In this document: positions 47,810 through 60,877 of the stretch, one piece after another
Layout: each line of letters opens with the position of its first letter
Position numbering within the stretch: the first letter of the stretch is position 1
Origin: Zygnema circumcarinatum SAG 698-1b
Lineage: Eukaryota; Plantae; Zygnematophyceae
Direction: 5' to 3'
Length of the DNA stretch: 64,000 nt
NCBI GenBank assembly: GCA_037447605.1
Contig: CM074809.1
Coordinates: 796,689 to 860,688 of the forward strand
Position numbers and translations under genes: made by a program
Notes under the pieces: generated by a model
Seen by the model: only the letters and a program-made list of their open reading frames with translations
What the model was told of the DNA's origin: nothing
Databases searched by the model: none

Positions 47810-49613
47810 TTAGACGCTGCTTGGATACATGAATACACGGACCTTGGCACCCTGCATCCACCCACATAGCAGGCGTTAAGTTCACGTGATGCTCACTTAG
47901 AGAAATACTGCAAAATCAATAAGACAAAGCTAAACGTTCCTTCAATCCCATTGATGTCCTGTGGCACCGAATGTGACGCATTCGTCTAGATAAGGCATTC
48001 AGGAGTGGAAACACGCAAACAACCCTAAGCTCCCACCTATTCTGCTTATATGAGTGCAGAAGATGTGCCAGACGGAAGGGACTCCATACAAAAGTAGGTC
48101 AGTAATGTAATGAGATGTGATTATGGCAGAAAGTGCTGCTCAAAACGAGCATGAGCATGAGAGCATGACGGACTACTTAATCCTTTCAAAATTAGAAAAT
48201 TAAATCACCCCACCAGAACATACTCGCACAACTAGAAGAAATTGTGCAGGTATTTAGATAGGTCAGTTTCAGCACACACCATTGCTATCTCTGCTGAGAC
48301 TCGATTAACAAGTTGATAACCCCCTACCCTTCATGGAGGATTGACAATCAAAGATTTCTGTTCTTATTCACAGGGTACCGCTCAGCAGTCAGTGCAATCA
48401 CTTACCAAAGAGGCAGGGGGGAGGTTCTTGCGGAACGTCGCCCGCACGATGCCAGAGTTGCCATGTGGTCGAATCACATGTCCCCAAATGGCACGGTACA
48501 ATGTCCCCTTCTTCTTTGTCTTAGCCTTGTATACATAAGCAACCTTCTTGCCCTTGTACCAGTTCACCTCTTCCTTCGTGTTCACTCCCTCAATCTGAAC
48601 AAGGGATGTATTCGGGTGCTGGTTTGACTTGCCCCTGGAACAGAAAAGCAGAGTTCATACTCCTCAGGCCAAAAAAAAAGGGGCGGGGACTAGTCTGCGC
48701 CACACTCTATCCAAGGTACTTCACAGTATGCAGATGGACAATTGGCCAAACTGGGCATGACATGTTCGTGACAAATCAATTGTTGAGTTTATGAGGAAAG
48801 TGACAGAATCAATGCTCCACCAACAACAAACATTCGATTAAACGTCTTGCAATGCGTGGTGAAATACGCGTTATGAATATTCGAGGCCTGCATGACTTCC
48901 TTGAGATTGAAAGCGGACGTTTCTTACGTGTGACAACCCTAAAAAATATGAGAGGAGAATCCATAACCTAATAGGAAAGGGACGAGACTAGCAGACAGAT
49001 ATAAATATGAAAAATAAGAAGAAAGGTCGGTGGACGAATTAGGGTTTCGTCTTTAGGGTTACCCGGCTAGGGATGCAAGTGTCGTTTTCAAAAAGCGCAC
49101 AATATGTGTTCTTAGCATTCTTAATTCACAAGCAGTTCTACCTTCCGATAAATCTCAGCAGCAGAGACTCACCTCTTGTAGCCAAGAATGCTGCCACGCA
49201 CATATAGCCTGCAGCATAGCAAGAGGCCGGAGAAAATAGTGCGGTTCAAAACAAAGAGGCAACCCTAAATTGTCCATAAACGGCTCGGGAAAGAAGCCAC
49301 AGCTGGCAGAAGTTACAGAACAGTGGGTCTTAACTTGAGAGGAATCCCTAATACGTAAGAAATATCCATATGACACGTGCAGACGCGTACAAGCTCTTCA
49401 AACACGAGTGCACGCACTGCACTAGTGCATATAAGGCCACATAGGTTATAGGTGAGCAACGAAGAAGCTGTGCAGATGACACGTGTAAGGGCAGCCGGGT
49501 TGCGAGCATTCCACGTGTCAATAGAGCACAGAGAGAGGGGAAGGAGACAGAGGGACAGAGAGCAAGAGAGAGGGAGCCTGCCTGATGCGCTCTCCCTTCA
49601 CTTTGGGAGCCAT
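47810..49613 (-). CDS. RPL35A: 60S ribosomal protein L35a (eL33)
   Basis: Exons 49613-49582, 49208-49173, 48634-48406 and 47851-47810 give [34 protein letters not shown]...[13 protein letters not shown]. The first intron has a GC donor. Confidence 0.95.
49039..49060. promoter_or_regulatory. Two telo-boxes (AAACCCTAA) in RPL35a intron 2
   Basis: ttagggttt at 49039-49047 and tttagggtt at 49052-49060. Telo-boxes are typical of plant translation-machinery genes. Confidence 0.6.
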
Positions 49614-51378
49614 GGCTGCCGTTGTCTGGGCCACGCTGTGAGTGCGGAGGCGGAAGAGAGGGAGCGGAGAGAGAGGGCCTTCCTTTACAGGAGGGAGAGT
49701 TGGGTTCAGAACGGGCTCAGAAAAAACAGCTTCTCGTACTGTTCACATTGTGGGAGCATTTGCAAGTGTGAACTTGCACCTTTGTGACTCTAAACGCTGG
49801 AAGCGTACCGTTAGGACAGTTTGGACGGGAACTTTACCTGCGACTGTGACATGGACACGGTTCAAACATTTGGGGCACTTGATTTGGGCTATTCATGGAT
49901 GAAAAAAGCGTAACTGGCAGTGTAACTGAACTGGCGATAAATCAGTTGAGCATGTACATGGAACGCCATTTCTTTTCCTGCCACCCCTCCCTCCCAAGGT
50001 GTGCCCCACAATGGTAACATTGGCGGCAGCTTCTAGAGCCATGTTGTTGTTGTCGTTGGGTCTAGAAGCGACGTTACATTCAAAGCTTTTTCTTTCGATT
50101 CCACGGTGATATGCGACTGGCTTATCTTGGTACCCCATTGTGTCATTGTCCATGTACATTAGATGGCGTCGCCCTCGTGAGATCAATGCCTGCTATATTT
50201 ATCTGGAAAGCTAATTATGGTAGATGGGAACTCTTGAATACTTGGAAACACTTTAGAACAGAGCGAGTGATTGTTGTTTCAATTCTGATTGCCGGGTGTC
50301 TGCGACTGTTGATGGGAGGTTGGAATACTACTGCTCCTTTAGGATGCTTGCACACCCACCTTAATAAGATGGCGATGCGGGACGACTACCTCTTCCATGT
50401 GGGGCTCAATCCCAGCTTTCACATTACAACAGAAACTGTACTATTAGTACTACTTCCATTCCCTCAAAACCCCGAAAAACGCAACATCACGGCTCCTTCC
50501 CTAGGCACTTGCTTCGCCGAGCGCCCTTTAGGCCTCATGAACTTTTGTAAAAGATACTAATTCTAATCAATTGGTGAGGTGTTCTCCACTCCACACATCT
50601 TGCATCAGAGTTAATACAACATGCTACACAACAACATTCGTATGACACGTTTACACAATTTGCAAGACATCCCCTGCTTCAATCGCAAACATACGCTCAA
50701 CAGCTTAAAAACCCGTAAGTCATCTCAATGGTTAACTCCAAACCACACAGGTGCAGCATCAGCAGCAGTGCACATCCAGTTTCCCGCACTCCTCTCCACT
50801 TCAAGCAGTACAACCCACGAGCTACCACCACTTTCCCAAAAAGCACACAAGTGCCGTGCTTCGATTTACCCGTCACTGAAAAAACAAGTTTTCCAGCACC
50901 CGCGGCTGCAACGAGACCTGTCCTCTCGTGTTCTAGAACTCGGCAATACGACATCCCACAGTCCGTCGCAGGAAACAATTAAGTACAGTCTACCTACTGG
51001 AGAGAATCAAATATATATGTACACAAAAGCAAAGGAAAGGAAAAAAGAGGAGGTCTACTTCAGTGCCTCTTGAAGCATCACACCCCTAAAAGATGTTTGC
51101 ACTGATTGCACCTCCTATACCCGGCTACTCCCACATAACTCCACACTACCAAGGCCTGTCTCCCTGCGCACCTATCCACACGTAACGAAAATCCAACAGC
51201 AACTCTAATTACTCTATTTACAAAAACAAACAATATGTACTCGAAGTTCGAAAGGAGGTTTCGGCAAATAGAGAACCAAACCATGAGAACATGGCGTACT
51301 CCACTCCGCAGAGCTTATTCCTCCATATCAAAACTCCAAACCTTCCCGGTCTCTCCCTCAGTCTCCCTCCCGTCTCCC

Positions 51379-54300
51379 TCAGTCTGACACAGCCACCACA
51401 GGGGTCTGGAGGTACTGAAGGCACAGACCGTGGTCGCAGGGGTCCGGGCGCGTCAGTCGAGTGACAAACGGAGCGCCGTCAGGGCCAACGTCAAGGAGCG
51501 CCGTGTCTCCCTCTATGTACTCATTCAGAAGAAGGGCCTCACTCAGGGCATCCTCTGCAAGCCGCATAACGGCTCTGCGTAAAGGACGGGCGCCATAGAC
51601 TCGGTCGTACCCCTCTTCTCCAATCAACGTTACCATCGCTTCAGTGACCTCAAACTTTATGCCCCGAAGTTGAAGTCGCTCTTGCGTCTCCTTCAGCATG
51701 ATATCTACAATCGCCCGGACCTGCATGAGACACAAAGGAGACATTAGGGTTTCAGTATTATTAAGGACGTAGTGACAGCCTACAGCCTTGGTGGCTGCTA
51801 ACCAATGCTGAGTAAATCATGTATGGCGTCGTTATCTTCGATTTTCGAATCAGATGCCTACAAGTGTGCCCGTGCTCATCTGGGGGAGAGACGGTTTGCA
51901 TTTTACCTGACTCTTTTCCAAGGACCGGAAGACAACAATTTCGTCAATCCGATTTAAGAGTTCCGGACGGAAATAGTTCTTTAACTCATCCGTAACAAGT
52001 TCCTTAAGTGCGGCATACCGTCCACCATCCGGCTCATCTGTTTCCAAGGTGAAGCCAATTCGATTGGATCCACCCTTCGCAATAGCACTTGACCCTATAT
52101 TTGATGTCATAACTATGAGCGTGTTCTTGAATGAAACGCTTCGTCCCTGCAAATAAGCGGAAAGGATAACATTGTGGATAACAAGCCAGGAAGTCAAGAC
52201 TCAGTTTCATGTCTGAGAGAGACATAGGAAGGGTAGCTAAGCAAGCAATTGTTGCAAGGGACTACACATTAAAAATAAACCCCTATTCAGCTCATACCCC
52301 AGCTTGACGAGGGTTATTTCTAAGGGAAAACGAAAGTGGACGTAAAGATCTCGTTCACCAAAAGCTTTGAAGATTAAATGACCAACTATTCCCGACTTAA
52401 TATTTTGCTCACAGTGGGGCACAATCACATGAACGTACAAGCACAACCTTTATTCAAAACCATGGAATTCACCCCCACCCAGCGTAGGCACTCCCACCAA
52501 GCTGCTACCTTCGTGCACTTGAAAATCAACTAACTGACTGAAATTCAATGACGTTGACAGTCCACAACAAAAATGCGCACCTGGGAGTCTGTCAAATGAC
52601 CATCTTCAAACATCTGTAGCAGAAGGTTGAATACATCAGGATGAGCCTTTTCAATCTCATCCAGGAGAACCACAGAGAAGGGCCGACGTCGGACGGCCTC
52701 AGTAAGAGTACCACCATCACCGAAGCCCACGTAGCCAGGAGGTGAACCGATCAGTTTGCTTATAGTGTGCCTTTCCATGTACTCACTCATGTCCAGACGG
52801 ACCATGGAATCTTCCTGCAATTGCGATCAACACATAGCGAACTTGAGAAATTAGGGCTGCTTCATAGAAAAAGGAGAGATTCAGTATGCCAGGCTGATTC
52901 TACACGAACATACATGCGAGGCAAGAAACACAAAATAGCCAGTGTTGTATCTGTTAAATAGAAACGTACCGATCCAAAGTGATGCTGTGCAAGTGCTTTC
53001 GTAAGCTCCGTCTTTCCAACACCTGTTGGGCCGCAGAACAGCATTGCAGCTATTGGCCTGTTGGGACTTGTGAGACCGACACGTGCTCGCCGGACTGCCC
53101 TGGCTATAGCTCTGACAGCATCATCTTGTCCGACCACTCTCGAGCCCAAGGTCTCCTCAAGTTCCATCAGCTTCTTCTGCTCATCGACAGTTAGTTGCTC
53201 GATAGGAACTCCTGACCACATTGAGGCGACTGCAGCGATCTCTGCAGGACCAACAACGATAGGCCTGCATACGAACTCACAAACATGTTGCTCAGAAAGT
53301 CATCTACTTCAGGACAAAAGCATTGTAGAGAAGAAAGTGCGCTGATCACTATTGTTAGGATGAAGACTGCAGAGTGCAATCGCACAGAAGCCTGAACATC
53401 AGAGAAACCCTAAGCATGAAATCGAAACAACTACTTTCCACAGGGTGGACCCAAATTTAGGGTAAACGAATAACTTCACAAAGAGAAAGAAAGAAGGCTC
53501 ACCCCTCATCGTATTCGTCATTCAAAACACCAAGACTGAGATAGGCTGAGTCAGAAACAGATGCTGCTGCTTGCACATCCATAGTTCTGACAAGGGTCCC
53601 TGACGATGCAGTGGCTGCTTCACTGTCGACAGAGGAGAAGGCTGCAACACCTCCTGCTGCCTGCAACGGACGCATACGCGAAAAACCAGCCGCAAGTTCC
53701 ATTCTGAGTCATTTTCCCTCGTCACACGATTCCCAGATAAAAAAAGATGTGTCTGATGCAAGCCAAAAAGAGATGAACAAACAAAAAACAAGAGGTTCAT
53801 AAAAAAAATATCGAGCTTACCGCTTCCTGCGATGCTTGCACAGCTCGAATTTCTTGCCAATATTCACTAGGATTCTTTGACAATACACTTGTCTGGAGGC
53901 TCTTGCGTTTACGAAAGGCATTGATACGGGCTTTGCTGCCGGCTTCGTCCATCAAGTCAATGGCCTTGTCTGGAAGGAAACGATCGGCAATGTACCGTGA
54001 TGAAAGCTGGACTGCAGCTTCCACAGCTTCCGAAGTAATGAGGCATCGATGATGTGACTCATACCTATCCTTCAGGCCCATCAAGATCTTTACGGCATCT
54101 TCCTGTAGCCCTCTCAAGTCCCACGCCCGCCAGTTCCAATCTATGAGGGAATAGACCACAGCATGTGCCTTTCCTCTCTCTCTCTTTCCTCTCGTTGACA
54201 CCAGCAAAGGGCACACCAAATTAAACGCTCATGGGTGGCAAGCAAACTAGAATTAAAGCTCAAACTTCGACAAAATCATCCGTCACATGTGCGAACACAT

Positions 54301-57300
54301 GACAAGTTAAATTGCAGTCGCCATCCCCTAGTCTCAATACACCAAATCACCAAAGTAGGCTAAATATACCCGGCGAAGGTTTGCTACAACGCAGGAGAAA
54401 GGTAACATAAATTCAGGTCTGAAATATTGGCCATGATCAGGCTGAAACTTGTGCCTTACGACTTTTTTTAACTTTTTTTTTTTAACTTATTTTCCTGCGG
54501 TTTGATGATTCATACATCCAACAGTTGTACTCCTGCTGGTGTAAACACTCGAGATGCATCCGAACACTACCTCATCTGTCAGATTCTATGGCTGTTACAG
54601 GCATTGCCACAATGAGATGATCAGGTTAATCTGACACACCTGACTTGGTTCATTCACCATAACTGGCTGGAAGCGGCGCGCCAATGCCTTGTCCTTCTCA
54701 ATGTGCTTGCGATGCTCATCTAGAGTAGTAGCTCCAATACACTGCAGCCATCTCAACATGGATATACAAGACTTTCAGAACGGAAACCATCAATAGACAT
54801 ACAACAGCAGATTGTCTACCGTCGAGGCTAATAAAGCAAGTTCCAAAACTATACGAAAACCATACTCAGCAGGCAAAGGCAGGGTCAAATGAAACTGAAC
54901 ACCCAGGGACAAAGTACAACCAATGGATCGAGTGGGCGGACAGGTAGTGGGGCTGTAAAAGTTGCTTCAGAAAACGAGAGCATTAGAGCCACCAACCTGC
55001 AGTTGACCGCGTGCCAAGGCTGGCTTGAGCAAGTTAGCAATGTCTAAACCAGCACCGTGCCCACCACGACCAACAGAGCCAGATCCGACAAGAGTATGGA
55101 CCTCATCAATCAACAGAATAACATTCCCTGCAGCACGAGATCCAACAATCAAGTGAGTTCCAAGTCGCCAAAGCTATTCAGTCGCCAAAGCTATTCGGTG
55201 CTGGGAACAAGTGCTGTTTCGCAGCAGAACTTCGCAAAAGTACAAATCCAATCATCGAACAACTGCAACTGAAACTGCCCAAAAACTGATCCATAGCTGG
55301 AAAAATCTGGATATGCATGTTCGTGAACGTATCTCTAACTAGAAGTGCTAGATCGACAAGATGATTTACGAAATGTGGGTTCCTGAAACTCAATGAAGAG
55401 TAGCAGGCAGGGAAGCACACCTGAAGATACCGTCTCCTCCACTAACCCCGTGACGCGTGTCTCCAGCTCTCCGCGCTCTTTCGCACCAGCAAGGAGGAGC
55501 CCCATGTCCAACGACATTACTCTCTTTCCCTGCAAGCAACGCGCAGCTAGTGTTGGAATAAAAATGACCAATACATGTCTATTCATTAGTGATCTCATCA
55601 ATGCATAAATCAAACTCAAATGTGAAGGCTTTCAGAACGATCACCCACTTCAGTATCTGAGAAAATGAAAGGTACAGTCAACCGAAATCACGCGAATTGA
55701 TTACAAAATCTAATCACCATATGCGCTGCAAGTTGCGCTGCTGTCTCCCAAGCAGTGGCGAGGTCCCGTAGTTCTGTGAAATAGATCTAAATAGTGCACC
55801 AAACGAGCAATACAGGCCCAACGTGCAAGCAGTTCGTCCGTTTTCGACACATCATCCTCAGTTACCTGCAGAAATTCCGGGACTTCCTCATTCACTATTC
55901 GCATGGCTAGCCCTTCTGCAATGGCTGTCTTGCCGACCCCTGGCTCACCCAAGAGAATCGGATTGTTCTTGGTTCTTCGGGCCAAAATCTGCACCACACG
56001 CTGCACTTCTTTGTCTCTTCCAATAACCGGGTCGATCTTTCCTTCTGCCGCTTTAGCAGTGATGTCAATGCAGAACTCGTTTAGTGCACCCCTCTCTGAA
56101 GGAAGAAAAGAAAGGGGCATCCATACAATTGTTAGGAGGCAGATCATGCATCGGCTGCCACGAAAAGCATCCATTTTAGCGGGTAGGGTATTCAAGTTTA
56201 ATATAACGAAGTAGGCTACTTGCCACACTCATCTAACCTCCGAAATGGACATCACCAAAACTGACAGAAGGGAGGCAGGGAGGCAGACAGCCTGGCTGGT
56301 GGTGGGCAGGCATCGGCATTTGAACATTCCCAAAATTGCTCGTCTGGTAGCTATTTGATGAAGTTACCTTTGCGGCCTCCAGGTCGGCGAGAACCCGATG
56401 CAGTTCCAACGACAGCCTTATTAGTCATGGCCGCAGTGGATCGACCCTCTTTATCCAAATCACCCTGGAGTCTCACAAGTGCTTCCGTGTGCAGCTTATC
56501 CTTGCGGAGTCCAAGCCTGTCAACGATCACGAAACGACGCTCGAAATCAGATTAAGTCGACAATTCTCAGAGTCTCTAGCGACAGGGCTACAGTTTCCGA
56601 ACGGAATGAGATCTGTCAGGTATTACATATTCCGTACAGGTTGGGCGTCCGTTCTATCAACCGAAAAAGGTAGTGAATGAAAGGCAATCATAAGCAACGA
56701 CATGCACATCACCCAGAGCAATTTCATCTTTCAAATAAGTAAAGCAACGTTACACACCAAAAACAGATAATTTCCGGTTCAGCAGATTCTGGTCCTGCCT
56801 GACGCCAAACATAAGGCTTTCACCCTGCAACATCTGAACAAAAAATACCTGTCAAGCACTTTGCTTGCGCCACCATCCTCCACGATAAGAATAGCCACCG
56901 CAATGTGCTCGGGGGCTATATAATTGTGTCCCATTTTCCGCGATTCGTCCAACGCAGCTTCAAACACCCGCTTACTCCCCGCTGAGAAGGGCACCTCGGG
57001 CGCCGGCTTGTCCGAGCGAGGCGAAGGCCCGCCCAGCCCTGCCTCTTCCGCTAAGCCTCTCACAGCATCGCGGGCACGCTCTATGGTGACGCCTGTCCTC
57101 AAGAATCCGTCGCTGCTGCGCTCCTCGGCGACAAGTCCTAGAAAGAGCTGCTCCGTGCCCACCTCTCCGCGGCCCATGGCCTTGGCCTCACGCTGCGCCA
57201 GCATGATGGCTTTTATGGCGCGTTCCGTGAACCTCTCAAATACCGCCTTCACCACTGCTCGCTTCTGGCCCCCTGAGGGGCTCACATGGCTCAGGCTCCT

Positions 57301-57516
57301 TGCCACGGCGAGGTGGAAGCCATCGCTGAGGCCTCCGGAGGCGACGCTGCTGAGCCCTAACTGAGGGCTTCGGCGGAGACCTTCGAAGGGAAGGTCTGAA
57401 GGCGCCTTCAGACTCTGCAGGATGACGGTTCTCCCGGAAGAATCGGCAGAGTTGCTTTCGGATAGGCGAAAGTTTGTACATATTGACTGGTAGTTCAAGC
57501 TTGCACAGGTCACCAT
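51379..57516 (-). CDS. CLPD: Chloroplast Clp chaperone ClpD (ERD1)
   Basis: Transit peptide, then [21 protein letters not shown]; AAA1 [13 protein letters not shown] and [10 protein letters not shown]; AAA2 [45 protein letters not shown]. The N-domain resembles ClpD rather than ClpC. Confidence 0.93.
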
Positions 57517-57884
57517 GGCGTCGCTTGTTTGTTATTCAACCAGTAAGTGCCTCGCGCAAAAATTGACAAAATTTGCTCTGATTTTAGGACCAGAGATGCA
57601 AAGAAACGGCGCGCGGGAGAGAGGGAGAGAGCGCAGGCAGAGAGCGAGAGAGAGAGAGAGGAGAGAGAGGGAGAGAAGCTTGGAAAGTGGACAGCAGAGC
57701 TTCCAAGAAGGCAGAAAATTGACAAATGGAGCGTTCATCAATTGGTGCCTCCTTGGCCACTTATGCCACGCGTCTCCTAACGCGGGCACCACCTGTCCGG
57801 GCAGAAAAATGTTTTCAAATCTCGGGCAGCACAAAAGCCAATGGGAATCGAACAACACAGGTTCCTTCGCACGCTTGGCGCGCC

Positions 57885-58746
57885 ACGTAGCAGGGTTCCG
57901 CAGACCGCGGAGGAAAAATGACTCGCCGGGCGGCCACGCTGACTCGCTTTTCGAGCGCCGGCCGGCTACGTGGCGCGACGGACGGCGCCGGCCGGCGCTT
58001 CAGAATTCGAGGTACGGCCAACGGGCAGCTTGGGGAAGTCATTTTTTTTCTGCCCGGGCTTGGGACTGCCCGGTTTTTGGCTTCTTCGGAATGGGACAAG
58101 CGGGCAGGTGCAGGAATGAACCTGGACGATTTTGCAGATTCGATGAATTCAGGGTCATATTTTTTCTGCCCTGGTTTTGGTGCATCCGTACCTGCTTTTC
58201 TTTTTTTCGTAACGGGATATCTAAAACCGCTCGCTGGCGTCCATTGTAGTCACGTGAACAGTGACAGCCAATGGGAGGCCTTTCAGGGGAAATCCTGCTC
58301 TCTGATTGGGCGAGAGCAGAGAGGGGGTCGTGGCGGCGGAGCCAATCGGGTGGAAGTTGCGGGGACCACGTGCGAAAATGTGCCCACGTGAATCAAAAAG
58401 TGGGTACGGATCTGACAAGCGATTATTTGATTTTTCCTCTCCGGCGCTTCTGATTGGCCGGACCGCCCGGGCAGGCGGCGCCGAAAAGAATGGGCAGGCG
58501 GTGCCCCTGGAAGCAGTAGTTGGGCAGACGTACGGTCAGGAGAAAAAAAGCGGGAAAGATAATTTTCTGCTTTTTGAAAGTTTTAGGATTTGAGACTTCA
58601 TCAAGTAATGCTGACGTGTGTGAATCCCATTGGCCGACTGGCTCGGGCAAGCATGAAAAAACCGTGGAAATAAATATTTCAAGAACTGGTTTCTTTTTGA
58701 GGGCGCGCCAATTCTCAGACATGAGCCAATCACAGCTTGCCACGTC
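57885..58746. promoter_or_regulatory. Cluster of ACGT-core (G-box/ABRE) and CCAAT motifs upstream of ClpD, including an exact CCAAT-N9-CCACG
   Basis: gccacgta ~57885, tacgtggc ~57966, cacgtg ~58250, ~58367 and ~58385; CCAAT-N9-ACACG at 58615-58633 (-); CCAAT-N9-CCACG at 58726-58744 (+). Confidence 0.55.
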
Positions 58747-60877
58747 TTCACAAATGTGCATATGACATTTACTTATTCGGGCTTGTCAGGCTTTAAAAAC
58801 CGTCAGTACTAGTGAGGACGTTTCCAACAACAACAACATGGTTCTCATGCATGCCAACAACACAACTGAACCTGGCCGTCTTTCCATGCCCGCTCCGTTC
58901 ACAGTTGCTGCTCGGAACAGAATTCACCCTTTCCATGTTCCAAAATGAAAGAAAATGCCGCCCGGAACTATTGGCTCTGATGGCTTCTGTACGAAACACC
59001 GACCGGCTTGGCCTCGCTGGCAGATAAGCCAAAGCCGCCCGCCCGCCCTCCCGGCCTTGCCAACTGGCACGTGCCCGTCCTTTCGCTCGGTCGACCCAGA
59101 CCGTACAAGCCCACATGGCACAGTCTGTTGGTTCGTACAGAGGAAGAGTACGAATTGAGTCAAAGTTGGAACTGGGCTTGAACTGGACTCGCCTCGCTCG
59201 TAATTGAATTTGTTTCTAGCGTCACATTTTTGTCGTTATATTCGTACATATTCGTACAGTACGGTACGTCAACAGCAGCGCTGCATCAGTTTACCTTTAG
59301 CAACGAGGGCACCACGTGGTACAAACAAACATCTTCACTCCAAGTGGTATCGGCTAATCGGAAAGTCGAGGCTGAGCGGACGTATCGTATCGCATGCAAT
59401 ATTCCGATATGTTCAATATGTACCGAGCCGGTATGTTTTCGATATTATGTGATACGATACAATGGGGCGATATGCGCTATAAGAAGGGCTTTGCTTTGAA
59501 CGGTTTTGAGGCGCCGGTTCCATGCATGCCCTTGCAGAGGCGGAGGCAGAGGGAGGTTGGGGGAAGGGAATTCGATGATTTAGCAGCAAGCTTCCCTTGA
59601 GGCCAGTTGAAGCGATGAGAATTGCTGTAAAAGGCACAAAAAAATTAGATAATTTGTTTTCGTATGTGTTGATGATGCTTTGAATTATTTGCTGACCCTC
59701 ATTAGGATATGAATATAGGGTGGTTAATTATTTATTCTGCTCATGTTTTCTTTCCACAGGTGTCACAGAAACGCCGATGGTTATTCCTGAACTCCCACGG
59801 CTAGGAAGGTAATAAAGGATAAGTTGAAGTACCAACAAGGAAGACACGACGAGAGAGGAGTTCGTTAGAACAGGAGCACGCCACGCCTGCCTATCGTCAT
59901 ATACAAGAACTACGCTTAGATGAGCAGAAAAGGAGACAGCAGAAGAGTAGGAAAGCGGCACAGGAACAGTCTCTTGAAAGAACAAGAACAACAGGTAAAT
60001 CAATGCCAAAGGAAAGTGAGAATGTGATATCGACACCAGCCACAGAGGCCATAGGTCAATGCACCGTTTATTCTTCAAGAACTCAAACGGAAGGGGCGGG
60101 ATGGAAGGCAGGGGAGGTAAGAACAAGCGAGACAAAGGAGAAGAAACGCAAAGCCACGAGGAGGCTGAGAGAGCTGGAGTCATAATAGGTGAAAAAATGG
60201 GGAAGGAAGAATTTGAAATTGTTAATGATATGGCCGAACGCCACAAAGGGAGATCCGCAGCACCAGTCAAGAAGTAAGATGATGGGAGAGGGGCTGGGGG
60301 AGAGGGATGGAGAAATGAGAGGGGGGGGAAGAGGCAGGGATAGGGTAGAGAGCGGGGAGAAGTCGGATCTTGGTTCCAAGCTCATGACTTGTCCTCCCAG
60401 TAGCTTCATCCACACAGTAGCCTGTGACGTATTTTTTGGCCCAAGCGGTTGATAAGTGGCTGGGTAAACCTAAAGACTGAAAGAAAACCTAAACTTCGAG
60501 GCCGCAACTCCTTTGCGCTGTACAGGTGTCTATGTTGGTGGTAACTGAACGACAGATGGAATGCCTCAGTTGTGCACACAACACAGAGGGTTGAAATCCA
60601 CTTAGGGTACTCTATGCCGCATGATCTCAACCGCAACTCTCCACAGTGGAAGAGCCAAAACCAAAAGAAATATCGAAAGAATTGCACGCAAGAAGCGTGG
60701 GTTGCACACAAATTGGCCAGAGTCATCAGAAGGAAACGCAATGGGGCCCTAGCCACACAATGTTTCAATACGTAAGGAAAGGTGATCGAAGACTTATTTC
60801 TGAAAACAAAAGGTTCAACGCATGACGAAGCCAACAGATTTGTGAAATCAGCACCCTGTGTCATCAGGAAGGTAATC

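Noticed and set aside
58030-58200. Degenerate relative of the foldback element (shared TCTGCCCGG; two ~25-bp direct repeats)
   Set aside because: Similarity is limited to about 9 bp and cannot be supported without alignment statistics.
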